From the IMG/VR virus record IMGVR_UViG_3300021255_000032: a stretch of DNA of 51,814 bases; one strand, given 5' to 3'. This DNA is from a virus. Each line of letters begins with the position of its first letter. Positions within the stretch are counted from its first letter, which is position 1. Positions 41,443-50,352 of this stretch are shown here, piece after piece. The translations under genes and the position numbers were made by a program. The notes beneath the pieces were generated by a model. The model did not search any database. It had not been told where the DNA came from and saw nothing but the letters and a program-made list of their open reading frames with translations.

Positions 41443-42958
41443 TGTTATACAACGGTGGTTAGAAAGGGCACAGGGCGAAATGAGCCGCCTCAGAACGGCG
41501 AACTGGTTTTTCAATGTGCGAAATATGTATTCAGCACCTTACTCGCTAGGCATTGCAGGTCATGTCGATTATAAGCGGGCGCGGGATTTGTATTATAACC
41601 GGGACGACAATTACAAGCTCGGCGCGGGATTTGCAAAGCCAATCATCAACACCTTGGCAGGATTCATGGGCGTGCCGTCTTTTGTATGCGCCGACGAAAA
41701 AGCGCAGGAAGCCTTGGACGGATTCAGCAAAGACCTTGCAAGCGTTATGCAGCGGGTACATCAGAAAAACCTTATAGACGGCGAATGTTTCCTACGGCTT
41801 GTGAACCTTCCAGCCGATACGACCCTTTACCCGGAAAACAACACAAAGACGCGGCTAGGGTGCGTTATTATCCCACCGGAGCAGATACCTACGGGCGGGA
41901 TTGAGTACGACCCTGTCACGCACGACTACACCGCCATAACCATCTTGACGAAAAACAGATGGATAGACGACAACGGTGACCAGCAGGAGTACAAGTACAG
42001 GCAGCGGATTACAAAAAGCGAAGTCATAACCACGATTGAGGGGAACGCCCCGGAGGGCGTGGAGAGTTCGAGGGAGGCTAATCCGTGGGGATTTATTCCC
42101 ATTGTCCATTTTAAGAATGAGCCAGACGAAACAGAGCTTCACGGGTACAGCGAGCTTGAACCCATTGAGCCATTTTTGAAGGCGTATCACGATGTTATGA
42201 TTCACGCCATCAGTGGATCCAAAATGCACAGCACACCGAAAGTCGCCTTCAAGCTGAACGACGTGAAGCAGTTTCTGCAGAACAATTTCCCGGACGCACT
42301 CAAGGCCATTGCAGACGGCAGAGAGGCGACCATCGACATGAACGGGAAAGACCTTTTCCTAATCAAAGCCGATGAAGAAGCGAAGTTCATCGAATGCAAT
42401 AGCGCAATTGGGGACACATCAACCCTTTTGGAGTTTATCTTTTATTGCATTATTGACACCTCGGAAGTGCCGGAGTTTGCTTTTGGCGTCCATATCGCAA
42501 GTTCACAGGCCAGCACCAAAGAGCAAAGCCCTATCCTTTGCCGCCGGATTGACCGCAAGCGGGAGCAGGTAGAAGGAAGTTGGCAGTTATTCGCTCGTAT
42601 GGCGTTGGCAATGTTGTCCAGTACAACGGGTACAAGGTTTCCCTCTTTTGCCACAGATGTGACATGGGAAGCGGTTATGGACAAGGACGAACAAGCAGAC
42701 GCGCAGACCCTCTACAATGTTGTGCAAGCCCTCACAATGGCTGTGGGGAGCAACATTATTTCTGTAGAAAGCGCGGTCAATTACCTTGCAGGCTATATTT
42801 CCACAATGAAGGAGTGGGAAGGCAAGGACGGCGAAGCCGGGGAGAAGGAACGCATAGAAGAAAGCAAGATGTTGAACCAGCCCATAGAAGAAGCCTTTTC
42901 TCAGCAGCAGCAGGAAAAGGAAATTGACGACGAACTGAACCGGGGAGGCAGTGAATGA
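41435..42958 (+). CDS. Portal protein
   Basis: 507 aa, directly after and overlapping terL. Confidence 0.85.
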   Translation: MANVIQRWLERAQGEMSRLRTANWFFNVRNMYSAPYSLGIAGHVDYKRARDLYYNRDDNYKLGAGFAKPIINTLAGFMGVPSFVCADEKAQEALDGFSKDLASVMQRVHQKNLIDGECFLRLVNLPADTTLYPENNTKTRLGCVIIPPEQIPTGGIEYDPVTHDYTAITILTKNRWIDDNGDQQEYKYRQRITKSEVITTIEGNAPEGVESSREANPWGFIPIVHFKNEPDETELHGYSELEPIEPFLKAYHDVMIHAISGSKMHSTPKVAFKLNDVKQFLQNNFPDALKAIADGREATIDMNGKDLFLIKADEEAKFIECNSAIGDTSTLLEFIFYCIIDTSEVPEFAFGVHIASSQASTKEQSPILCRRIDRKREQVEGSWQLFARMALAMLSSTTGTRFPSFATDVTWEAVMDKDEQADAQTLYNVVQALTMAVGSNIISVESAVNYLAGYISTMKEWEGKDGEAGEKERIEESKMLNQPIEEAFSQQQQEKEIDDELNRGGSE

Positions 42959-44865
42959 GTAGCCGGGAATTGGCAGAAATAAAAGCCACGGCAGGGAAAT
43001 GGCAGTTACAGGCATTGCAGAGCCGTAAAAAGCTATTGCGAGCCTTGAGCGTTTCCGACCGCCACGTAGCGAAGATTTATAACAACGCATTGCGGCGGGT
43101 GCTTAGAGATTATCAGGCAAACAGGGGCGTAGAAAGCCTATTGGAGGCCATTGATACGGATTTCAAGGACAGTATTCTGTTTAGGGATTTGAGCCTTGAA
43201 ATTGAGAACGCCATCAACACCGGGGCGGCGGCGGGGATTACATTCTCGAAAGATGTTTCTTTAGATGTTTTGCGGGCGGCAGGGCTTGAAGTCGCGCCTA
43301 TGGTTAGGGCTATGAACTTTCAGCGGCAAAGAGCAGTCGCGGCCTGCAATGCGAGAATTTACCGGGACGGGCTGACGATTTCAGACCGTATCTGGAGGAT
43401 TTCAGAGGAAGCACGGGACAGCATGAAGGCGATTGTCCAGGTCGGCATTGGCGAGGACGCGGTCAAAGTTGCGAGAGCCTTGGAGACTTATGTCAATCAA
43501 GGCGCAGCAGTTACGGCGGCGAAGTTCCCAAATATGATGAGTCGAATGGGCAGCAGGATTCCCGCGAATATCGACTACAACGCCTTGCGCTTGGCAAGAA
43601 CAGAGCTGACGACGGCATACAGTCAAGGGACGATAGCGGCGGCGAAAGCAAGCCCCGCCATCAAGAATGTTAAGTGGGTACTATCCAACACGCACCCCCG
43701 GACGGATATATGCGACCAATACGCTCACGGCGGCAAGAACGGCGACGGCGTTTATGCGGCAGGGGATTGTCCTATTTCCCCGGCTCACCCTAATTGCCTC
43801 TGCACGATTCAACCCGCGCCAGAGGATATGGATAGCCTTGTGAAACGGCTGAAGGAGTGGAGGCAAGACCCTAGCAGCCAAAAGGACATTGAGAAGTGGT
43901 ACAAGACCCACTACAAGCCCTATGAGGACGGCGGGAAACCTGTCATAACGCCTGTTATCCAGCGGACGGAAAAGAAGGTTATAACCCCACCGAAGAAGGA
44001 GGAAAAGACCCTTGGGAACCTCCGCGAACGCTACAAGATTCTCCCTACCATGACGGCGGCAGAAAGAGAAACCGCAATAAAGGCGGCGGGGAAGGAATTA
44101 TTGGCCGATGTGACGAAAAACCCCATATGGGAGCAGCGGCGCAAAGCCCTGCAGAAAGCCGAAAAAGCCTTTGCAGAGGCAAGGGAGGCGTACCACAAGA
44201 TACCTATAATCGAAAGCCGTTGGGACGACTTGAACGCGGCAGGGGAAGCCTTGGACGCGGCAAGGAAGAAGCTGCAAACCCTCCAAAGCAAGACCTTGGA
44301 GGAAAACGCGCTGACTCTTTCAACGCACCTTGGCAAGGTTCGGACGGTTGGAGTTGACGAAGCAGACCTCAAAAGCCATTTTAAGGGCAATAGCAAAATG
44401 CGACCTGTCGTAGAGAAGGCGTACAGATTCTACCCGCAAGACTGGACAGACAAATCCTTTGCGCGGGGGAAGTTGAGCGTCCGAAAGGTAGGGCGCGGCT
44501 ATTACAACGACTACGACGGGGTTATAGCGATTTCCGGCAACGGGAACGGGCGTAGCCTTAAGACCGCCATACATGAGATAGGCCACCGCATAGAATACTC
44601 AATCCCGGATATTCTGCAAGCTGAAAAGGCTTTTTATGAGCGCAGGACAGAGGGTGAAGATTTAGAGTGGCTAGGAAGCGGCTATGGAAAGAGCGAAAAA
44701 GCCCGCCGGGATAACTTCTTGAGTATGTACATGGGGAAGGATTACGGCGGCAGAGCTTACGAGCTTGTTTCTATGGGGTTCGAGCTGGCCTACACAGACC
44801 CGCTTGAGCTTGCCAAAGATAAAGACATGGCAGAATGGATTTTCGGCTTGTTGGCCTTGATTTAG
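42955..44865 (+). CDS. Minor head protein: Phage_Mu_F / SPP1 gp7-like domain fused to a C-terminal HExxH metallopeptidase-like domain
   Basis: MuF core VKWVLSNTHPRTDICDQYAHGG...PAHPNCLC. HEIGH at nt 44572-44586, followed by ...YELVSMGFE. Directly after the portal gene. Confidence 0.85.
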   Translation: MSSRELAEIKATAGKWQLQALQSRKKLLRALSVSDRHVAKIYNNALRRVLRDYQANRGVESLLEAIDTDFKDSILFRDLSLEIENAINTGAAAGITFSKDVSLDVLRAAGLEVAPMVRAMNFQRQRAVAACNARIYRDGLTISDRIWRISEEARDSMKAIVQVGIGEDAVKVARALETYVNQGAAVTAAKFPNMMSRMGSRIPANIDYNALRLARTELTTAYSQGTIAAAKASPAIKNVKWVLSNTHPRTDICDQYAHGGKNGDGVYAAGDCPISPAHPNCLCTIQPAPEDMDSLVKRLKEWRQDPSSQKDIEKWYKTHYKPYEDGGKPVITPVIQRTEKKVITPPKKEEKTLGNLRERYKILPTMTAAERETAIKAAGKELLADVTKNPIWEQRRKALQKAEKAFAEAREAYHKIPIIESRWDDLNAAGEALDAARKKLQTLQSKTLEENALTLSTHLGKVRTVGVDEADLKSHFKGNSKMRPVVEKAYRFYPQDWTDKSFARGKLSVRKVGRGYYNDYDGVIAISGNGNGRSLKTAIHEIGHRIEYSIPDILQAEKAFYERRTEGEDLEWLGSGYGKSEKARRDNFLSMYMGKDYGGRAYELVSMGFELAYTDPLELAKDKDMAEWIFGLLALI

Positions 44866-44878
44866 GAGGAATGGAGTT

Positions 44879-45178
44879 ATGGCAAAGATTGTTGCAGTTG
44901 GTATTTTATGGGGTCAGGAGATAACAACCACGGTCACGAACGACGATGGATCCGTTAAGGTTCTTTTCGACGGCAAGGAAAACCGGGTATTATTGCGCGA
45001 CCTTGACGCAATGACAAGCCTAGCACCCACAATGGCGAACGGTTACAGCCCAGAGGCGGGAACAATGCTCGCCTACTACAATTCTCTTTCCACGAACTTC
45101 TACAACAAGCTGAAAAAGATTGAGGTTGAGGGGGAGCTGGAAGAAATTCCGACCTACGAGGGGGCGAACCTTTACTGA
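44879..45178 (+). CDS. Hypothetical protein downstream of the MuF fusion
   Basis: 99 aa, GGAGGA RBS. Followed by a hairpin at 45197-45221. Confidence 0.5.
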   Translation: MAKIVAVGILWGQEITTTVTNDDGSVKVLFDGKENRVLLRDLDAMTSLAPTMANGYSPEAGTMLAYYNSLSTNFYNKLKKIEVEGELEEIPTYEGANLY

Positions 45179-45262
45179 TGAAAAATATATTAAATTGGGC
45201 ACTTGCCAAAACGGTGAGTGCCTTTATTATGGGCAAAATTCCACGAAAGGAGGTGAAAAACG

Positions 45263-46576
45263 ATGGGAAAAAGTAGATTTATTGCACTCACGGCGAAAAT
45301 TTCCGGGGAGATGTCGGTGGACGATATTCCCATAGCAGGTTGGGCAGATGTTGAGGCATTGAAGAAGGGCGACGACGACCCGCTCGAAGTTGTTATGGCC
45401 GTACCAGCCGGAAAGAGCACGCGCGGGTGGAATTACACCGCGAACGCGCTGAACAGCATTGTAGGCGAAGTCAATAGCGTTGGCTTGCCCGGTTTCTTGG
45501 GACACCAAAAGGCCGAAAACGTAGCTACGGAGTTTCCGCAGCCTGTCACGCATTGGATAGGAGCGAAGATGGACAAGGGCGTTGCGTATTTTCGCGGCCT
45601 TATTGACAAGTCAGCCCCGGATTTGAAACGGTGGGTGCGCGGGAAAGCAGTTTCGCAGGTTTCTATTTATGGCTATCCTCAGTTGGAGCAGAACGCTGTC
45701 ACGGGGGAAACCGATGTTACAGACTACCGTGGACTTTCAATCGACTGGACACCGCTGAACCGGGCAGGAATGCCTACGAGTGTAGCGGCTATATCTGGAG
45801 AAATGGACAGTATTTCCACGGCGGCAGACACGAGCCATGAAGAACTTAGGGAGGCATTACGCGGCGCGGCTTACACAAAGTTGGGGGCAGGTGAGCGCGA
45901 TTATGTTTATGTGAATTCTGTTTACGACGGGTACTTCATTGCCAGTCTCGACCGGGACGGCAACAAAACGAAGTCATACAAAATTGCTTATTCCAAAGAC
46001 CCGGACAGCGGCAACTACCTTTTAGGAGAGCCGTCCGAGGTTAGGGAAAAGCGGGTATGGGAACCCATTGTAGCAGGAGAGCAGAAAGGAGCAGAAACAG
46101 GAATGAAAAAAGAGATTAAAGACCTGCTGGACGCAGGGAAAATCACCCTCGCGGATATGAAAGCCGCTTGTGGGGAAATGGACGACAGCGGGGAGCAGGA
46201 CAAGGCCAACGCCTTTGAAAAGGCTTGCGGCGAAATGTTCGGCGGTAAGACCGGGGACGAACTTATGAACGCGGTCAAGGACGCGGCGAAGCTCGTAGAC
46301 GCAGCGAAAGCAAAGACCGCTGACGAACTTATCGACAAGACGATTAAAGAGAAGGTCAGCGGCGAAATGGCGCAGGGACTTGTAAAGAAGATGTTGCGCC
46401 TCCCGGAAAATCCGACCGCTGAACAGATTTCCGGGGAGATTGACAGCGTACTTGCAGACAACACGGTCAAAGCCGTATTGGCACAGGCGCATATTGACAC
46501 CGTACCTCCGCAGGGCGGCGAGGAAAGCAACGATAACTCCGATGGCTTTTTCACGAAAGCTACGGTAGCACTTTAA
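45263..46576 (+). CDS. Prohead protease-like N-terminus fused to a scaffolding-like C-terminus
   Basis: LPGFLGHQ...THWIG and VSQVSIYGY resemble HK97-type (S78) protease motifs. The C-terminal half is helical and acidic, like a scaffold. Confidence 0.55.
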   Translation: MGKSRFIALTAKISGEMSVDDIPIAGWADVEALKKGDDDPLEVVMAVPAGKSTRGWNYTANALNSIVGEVNSVGLPGFLGHQKAENVATEFPQPVTHWIGAKMDKGVAYFRGLIDKSAPDLKRWVRGKAVSQVSIYGYPQLEQNAVTGETDVTDYRGLSIDWTPLNRAGMPTSVAAISGEMDSISTAADTSHEELREALRGAAYTKLGAGERDYVYVNSVYDGYFIASLDRDGNKTKSYKIAYSKDPDSGNYLLGEPSEVREKRVWEPIVAGEQKGAETGMKKEIKDLLDAGKITLADMKAACGEMDDSGEQDKANAFEKACGEMFGGKTGDELMNAVKDAAKLVDAAKAKTADELIDKTIKEKVSGEMAQGLVKKMLRLPENPTAEQISGEIDSVLADNTVKAVLAQAHIDTVPPQGGEESNDNSDGFFTKATVAL

Positions 46577-46594
46577 GAGGGGAGAGAAAGAACA

Positions 46595-47035
46595 ATGTCG
46601 TTTAATGGACAGCCAGTAGCAACCACAGTCACCCATATTTCTCAGTTGAAAGTGAGCGACGGCAAAAGCGTACAGGTTACTGTACCCGCCGAAACGGGCG
46701 TAGTTGCAGGAAACTTCTACGTTATCGACGGCTTTTTCGGCGCAGTATTGAAAACGGTCAAGGCCGAGGACAACACCGCCGGGACAAAGGTAGCTTTACA
46801 GCTTGAACCTTGCGAGTATATCACTGACCAGATTTTGGTGAGCAAGACTTTCGCAATGGGCGCAGAGCTGTACTACAACAAGTCTACGAAGAAATTCACG
46901 GACGAAGCTGCAGCAGGGCTTTTGCTTGTTGGCAAGGTTTCTGCACCGAAAGACGGCGCAAATACGATTCAGTTTATCCGCTATCCGCAGGTTACTGAAG
47001 TACAGGCCGCTGAAGTTTCCGGCGGCGAAGGTTAA
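46595..47035 (+). CDS. Head decoration / DUF2190-like protein
   Basis: 146 aa between the scaffold and the capsid gene. GNFYVIDGFFGAV motif. Confidence 0.55.
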   Translation: MSFNGQPVATTVTHISQLKVSDGKSVQVTVPAETGVVAGNFYVIDGFFGAVLKTVKAEDNTAGTKVALQLEPCEYITDQILVSKTFAMGAELYYNKSTKKFTDEAAAGLLLVGKVSAPKDGANTIQFIRYPQVTEVQAAEVSGGEG

Positions 47036-47052
47036 GAAGGAGGATTCACAAT

Positions 47053-48090
47053 ATGAATATTGTATCTCAGGAGACGATGAGCGAAGCTCGCAGAAAATAC
47101 ACGGGTACGAAAAAGATTCCCTTTTTGCTGAACGGTCAGCAGGAGTTTGCCGAAAAGAAAATCGTCAACGGCGAAATGGAAGTTATGCGCTTCAACAAGC
47201 CCATCGGCGAAATGATTTCCTACGGCGGTTCCAACGTGTCCAAAGAACTTCTGCGTAAAGTTGTTCTTGATGTTGAGATTGGCCGCGAGGAAGTGCAGCC
47301 CCTTTATCACCCCATCTACGACACGATTTCCGACAGCAACCTGCCGGAGGTATTGGACGCTAAATGGGCTATGCGCGGCGCGTGCGTGTTCTCCCAGAGT
47401 TTTGAAGGCGACGAAGTAAAGTTCGGCACCATCGAAGCAGAGAACGGTCCTACGGCTCGCATTAACACCTACACGGCAGGTTTCGAGTTTACGAAGCAGA
47501 TTAAAGACTTTAATCAGTCCTTCCAGGTCGAAATGCTGAACAAAGCTATGGGCGAAGCCTATAACGCATTGCTGAACCATCTGCATTTTGCGCCGATTCT
47601 CACAGCTACCTATGGCACCAACAACAAGACCGCGTACAAAGGCACGGCGAACGACGGCGCACCTTTTGTTGGCCTGTACAACACCATCAAGGAAGGCTTG
47701 AAGCAGACCATCATCAAGAAACGCCCCGCGACCGTTCTTCTCGCGAGCCGCGCTAATCAGATTGACATTGAACAGGCGTTGCGAGGCGGCTATACGTTCA
47801 ATGGCACGACCCTGCCGCCGATTTCCGGCATTACGACCATCATCTATTACGACGGTTGGACGCAGAATGTCGGCAAGAAGGTAACGACCTACGGCGGCGT
47901 ACCTGTCAACAAAGCATACCTTATCCGTCCGAAACGCGGCTTTAAGGAGCTTTTGAAGCAGGATTTGCGCATCGAGGCCAACGGCGGCGACCTTACCCGC
48001 CTTGTCGAACAGCAGATTGTCGGCTATGCGTATCGCGGCGTATTCGCAGCCATTGACGAAAACGTACAGGAGCTGACCATCACGGGCTGA
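47053..48090 (+). CDS. Major capsid protein
   Basis: 345 aa, strong AAGGAGGA RBS, assigned by position after the scaffold and decoration genes. Confidence 0.8.
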   Translation: MNIVSQETMSEARRKYTGTKKIPFLLNGQQEFAEKKIVNGEMEVMRFNKPIGEMISYGGSNVSKELLRKVVLDVEIGREEVQPLYHPIYDTISDSNLPEVLDAKWAMRGACVFSQSFEGDEVKFGTIEAENGPTARINTYTAGFEFTKQIKDFNQSFQVEMLNKAMGEAYNALLNHLHFAPILTATYGTNNKTAYKGTANDGAPFVGLYNTIKEGLKQTIIKKRPATVLLASRANQIDIEQALRGGYTFNGTTLPPISGITTIIYYDGWTQNVGKKVTTYGGVPVNKAYLIRPKRGFKELLKQDLRIEANGGDLTRLVEQQIVGYAYRGVFAAIDENVQELTITG

Positions 48091-48112
48091 TGATGGAAGG
48101 AGGCAAGGCCGC

Positions 48113-48475
48113 ATGATTATCACGGACGAAGCCGTCCGAAAGGTGCGTAGGTATTTGAACGAGGTTATCCCGGAGGGCGGCACTCCCGCCGATACGGGAT
48201 TTAGCGAGCGGGATATAGTGGATCTACTCACGGACTCGACAAACATCTACGCGGCGGCGGCGCAGGGCTGGCGGTTGAAAGCCGCCACGGCCTCCCAGCA
48301 AGCCGGGGAGCTGAAAAAGTACACCATAGGGCAAGAAAGCTATGAGCGCACCACAGGGAGCGACTACGCAGAGTATTGCCTCGAAATGGCGAAAATGTAC
48401 GACGGTATGGCGGCGAAGGCTGACCCGTTTGAAAGCGGGCGGGTTATATCATTGCGGAGGCCGAAAGTGATATGA
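48113..48475 (+). CDS. Head-tail connector protein
   Basis: 120 aa, assigned by position after the capsid gene. Confidence 0.5.
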   Translation: MIITDEAVRKVRRYLNEVIPEGGTPADTGFSERDIVDLLTDSTNIYAAAAQGWRLKAATASQQAGELKKYTIGQESYERTTGSDYAEYCLEMAKMYDGMAAKADPFESGRVISLRRPKVI

Positions 48476-48858
48476 ACTTTGTTGAGCAAAGAAAAAAAGA
48501 TGTTGCCTTCACCATTGCCGAAAACCCCACAGAAATAACCATAGAGCGCGAAGAATATATCCCCTCCGGGGGAGGGCGTAAAAAGGTTAAGTCTACGGTC
48601 GGTCCGTTCCGGGTGCGGATATTCACGCAGGGCGGCAAACAGATGGCCGTCAAAGTTGTATCTGGCACGGCAGGGACAAAACACGACGATGATACATGGG
48701 CTTTTTTGGCAGATTCCGAGGCCGATATTAGAGCCGGGGCGAATGTTATCGACGAATTTACCATAGACGGGATTAGATTCAGAGTAACAATGGCCATACC
48801 GCGCTATTGGCAAGGACAGAGGACAAGCATAGATGGGACTTTGAAGGTGGTGAGTTAA
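48472..48858 (+). CDS. Head closure / head-tail adaptor protein
   Basis: 128 aa, ATGA overlap with the upstream gene. Confidence 0.5.
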   Translation: MNFVEQRKKDVAFTIAENPTEITIEREEYIPSGGGRKKVKSTVGPFRVRIFTQGGKQMAVKVVSGTAGTKHDDDTWAFLADSEADIRAGANVIDEFTIDGIRFRVTMAIPRYWQGQRTSIDGTLKVVS

Positions 48859-48859
48859 G

Positions 48860-49267
48860 ATGTTTTGCGACGGCGTAAGGGACGAAATTCAGAGGGCAAG
48901 GGCTATGGCCATGCTGATTGGCGACAATGTTGCAGCAGGTATGGAGAGGTATGCCAAAGATAACGCACCTTGGAAAGACCGTACCGCACACGCACGGCAG
49001 AGCATTAACGGCAGGAGCACCGCACACGGGAACGCTATCACCATGACGATTGCGCACGGCGTAAGATACGGGCAGTATTTGGAGCAGGGGACACCCCCTC
49101 ACATCATCAAGCCCAAAAAGAAAAAGGCGTTATTTTGGAACGGCGCGAACCACCCGGTGAAACTTGTTCATCACCCCGGTACAGAGCCTCACGCGGCTAT
49201 TGTCCCAGCTGCAGAAGAAGGAGCAGCGAAGCTGAAAAAAGCCGTCGAAGAATTGTGGGGAGGTTGA
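48860..49267 (+). CDS. HK97 gp10-like tail-component protein
   Basis: YAKDNAPWKDRTAHARQSINGRS...GVRYGQYLEQG pattern. Confidence 0.55.
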   Translation: MFCDGVRDEIQRARAMAMLIGDNVAAGMERYAKDNAPWKDRTAHARQSINGRSTAHGNAITMTIAHGVRYGQYLEQGTPPHIIKPKKKKALFWNGANHPVKLVHHPGTEPHAAIVPAAEEGAAKLKKAVEELWGG

Positions 49268-49271
49268 TATT

Positions 49272-50138
49272 TTGCGAGAAATTATAAGGCAAGCCCTTAT
49301 AGAGGGCGTCCCGGAGGTTGAAGGCCGCGTTTATGAGCCTTGGGTAGCAGACGCGGACACGGAAAAGCCGTACTTAGTTGTCCGGGAGACAGCCGAAAGC
49401 GATAACACCGAATGGGCAGGATTCAGAGGGCGCATAGAGGTTTGGCCTTATGTAGACCGGGAAAGCCTGTCAGCGGTTGACAGCCTCGCAAAAGCGGTCA
49501 ACGAAGCCTTACATATGCGTTTTTTGACCGACGACGAAAGCGGCGAAGCCTTGACCTGCATAGCTGACGGCATGGGAGAAGATATATCAGACCCAGATTG
49601 GGACGCGCTGACGCGGTGCGTCTCTTTTTATACGCTTGCTATCCAGCCAACAGAAACGCGGGGAGAGGTTGAGAACGACCCTTGGATAGATTCACTCGTT
49701 GAGTGGACGCAGGGTATTTTAGGGGAAGGCTATGAGGTTTACGGGGGCAAGATACCCGCCACTTATCAGCGACCTGCTATATTATGGCGGCTGGACTCGA
49801 TGGAGATTACAGACGCGGGAGCATTTGCCTTTGATGTAAGCAAAAAAGTAGCCTGTCATGTGTTCGGCAGAAATTCTGTCGAAGAGACAAATATAGCGGT
49901 TTTTATCTCAGAGCAGATGGGGGCGGCGTACAAGATACCGCTGAAACTCGCTGAGAGACGCTATATGACCCTTCAAGACCTAAACACGACACTTTATACG
50001 GATTCTATGAAACAAGGGCATATAAGGGCGATTTTGAGCCGCAAGACGCAAAAGCCGCAAGAGGAATTTGCCGTCATGCGGGAAGTTTACCCACAGGGCA
50101 TGATAAACAGAAAAGGAGGCCAAAAAAATGGCAGATAA
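49272..50138 (+). CDS. Tail completion / sheath-proximal structural protein
   Basis: 288 aa, TTG start, assigned by position upstream of the sheath. Confidence 0.45.
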   Translation: MREIIRQALIEGVPEVEGRVYEPWVADADTEKPYLVVRETAESDNTEWAGFRGRIEVWPYVDRESLSAVDSLAKAVNEALHMRFLTDDESGEALTCIADGMGEDISDPDWDALTRCVSFYTLAIQPTETRGEVENDPWIDSLVEWTQGILGEGYEVYGGKIPATYQRPAILWRLDSMEITDAGAFAFDVSKKVACHVFGRNSVEETNIAVFISEQMGAAYKIPLKLAERRYMTLQDLNTTLYTDSMKQGHIRAILSRKTQKPQEEFAVMREVYPQGMINRKGGQKNGR

Positions 50139-50337
50139 GAAAACCACCACGGTGGCTGAACCCGCTGTGGCTTGCAAGTACACGGTCGATGAATTTAAGG
50201 CCGCGTCCTTTGACCTGTTTGGACAGGGCGACCACATTGTGGACGGGGCGTTTTACGGCAAGGATTTGACCGCAACGTACACCGTAGCAGAGGCAAGGAA
50301 GTTCGTTAAGGATTTTCTTGCGAAGCCTGTAAAGTAA
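50128..50337 (+). CDS. Hypothetical small protein
   Basis: 69 aa, overlapping the upstream gene. Confidence 0.45.
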   Translation: MADKKTTTVAEPAVACKYTVDEFKAASFDLFGQGDHIVDGAFYGKDLTATYTVAEARKFVKDFLAKPVK

Positions 50338-50352
50338 AGGAGGAACACGATT

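Noticed and set aside
47032-48246. 404-aa minus-strand ORF
   Set aside because: It is an antisense shadow of the major capsid gene. It has no RBS, would break the unidirectional late operon, and its product shows no recognisable motif.
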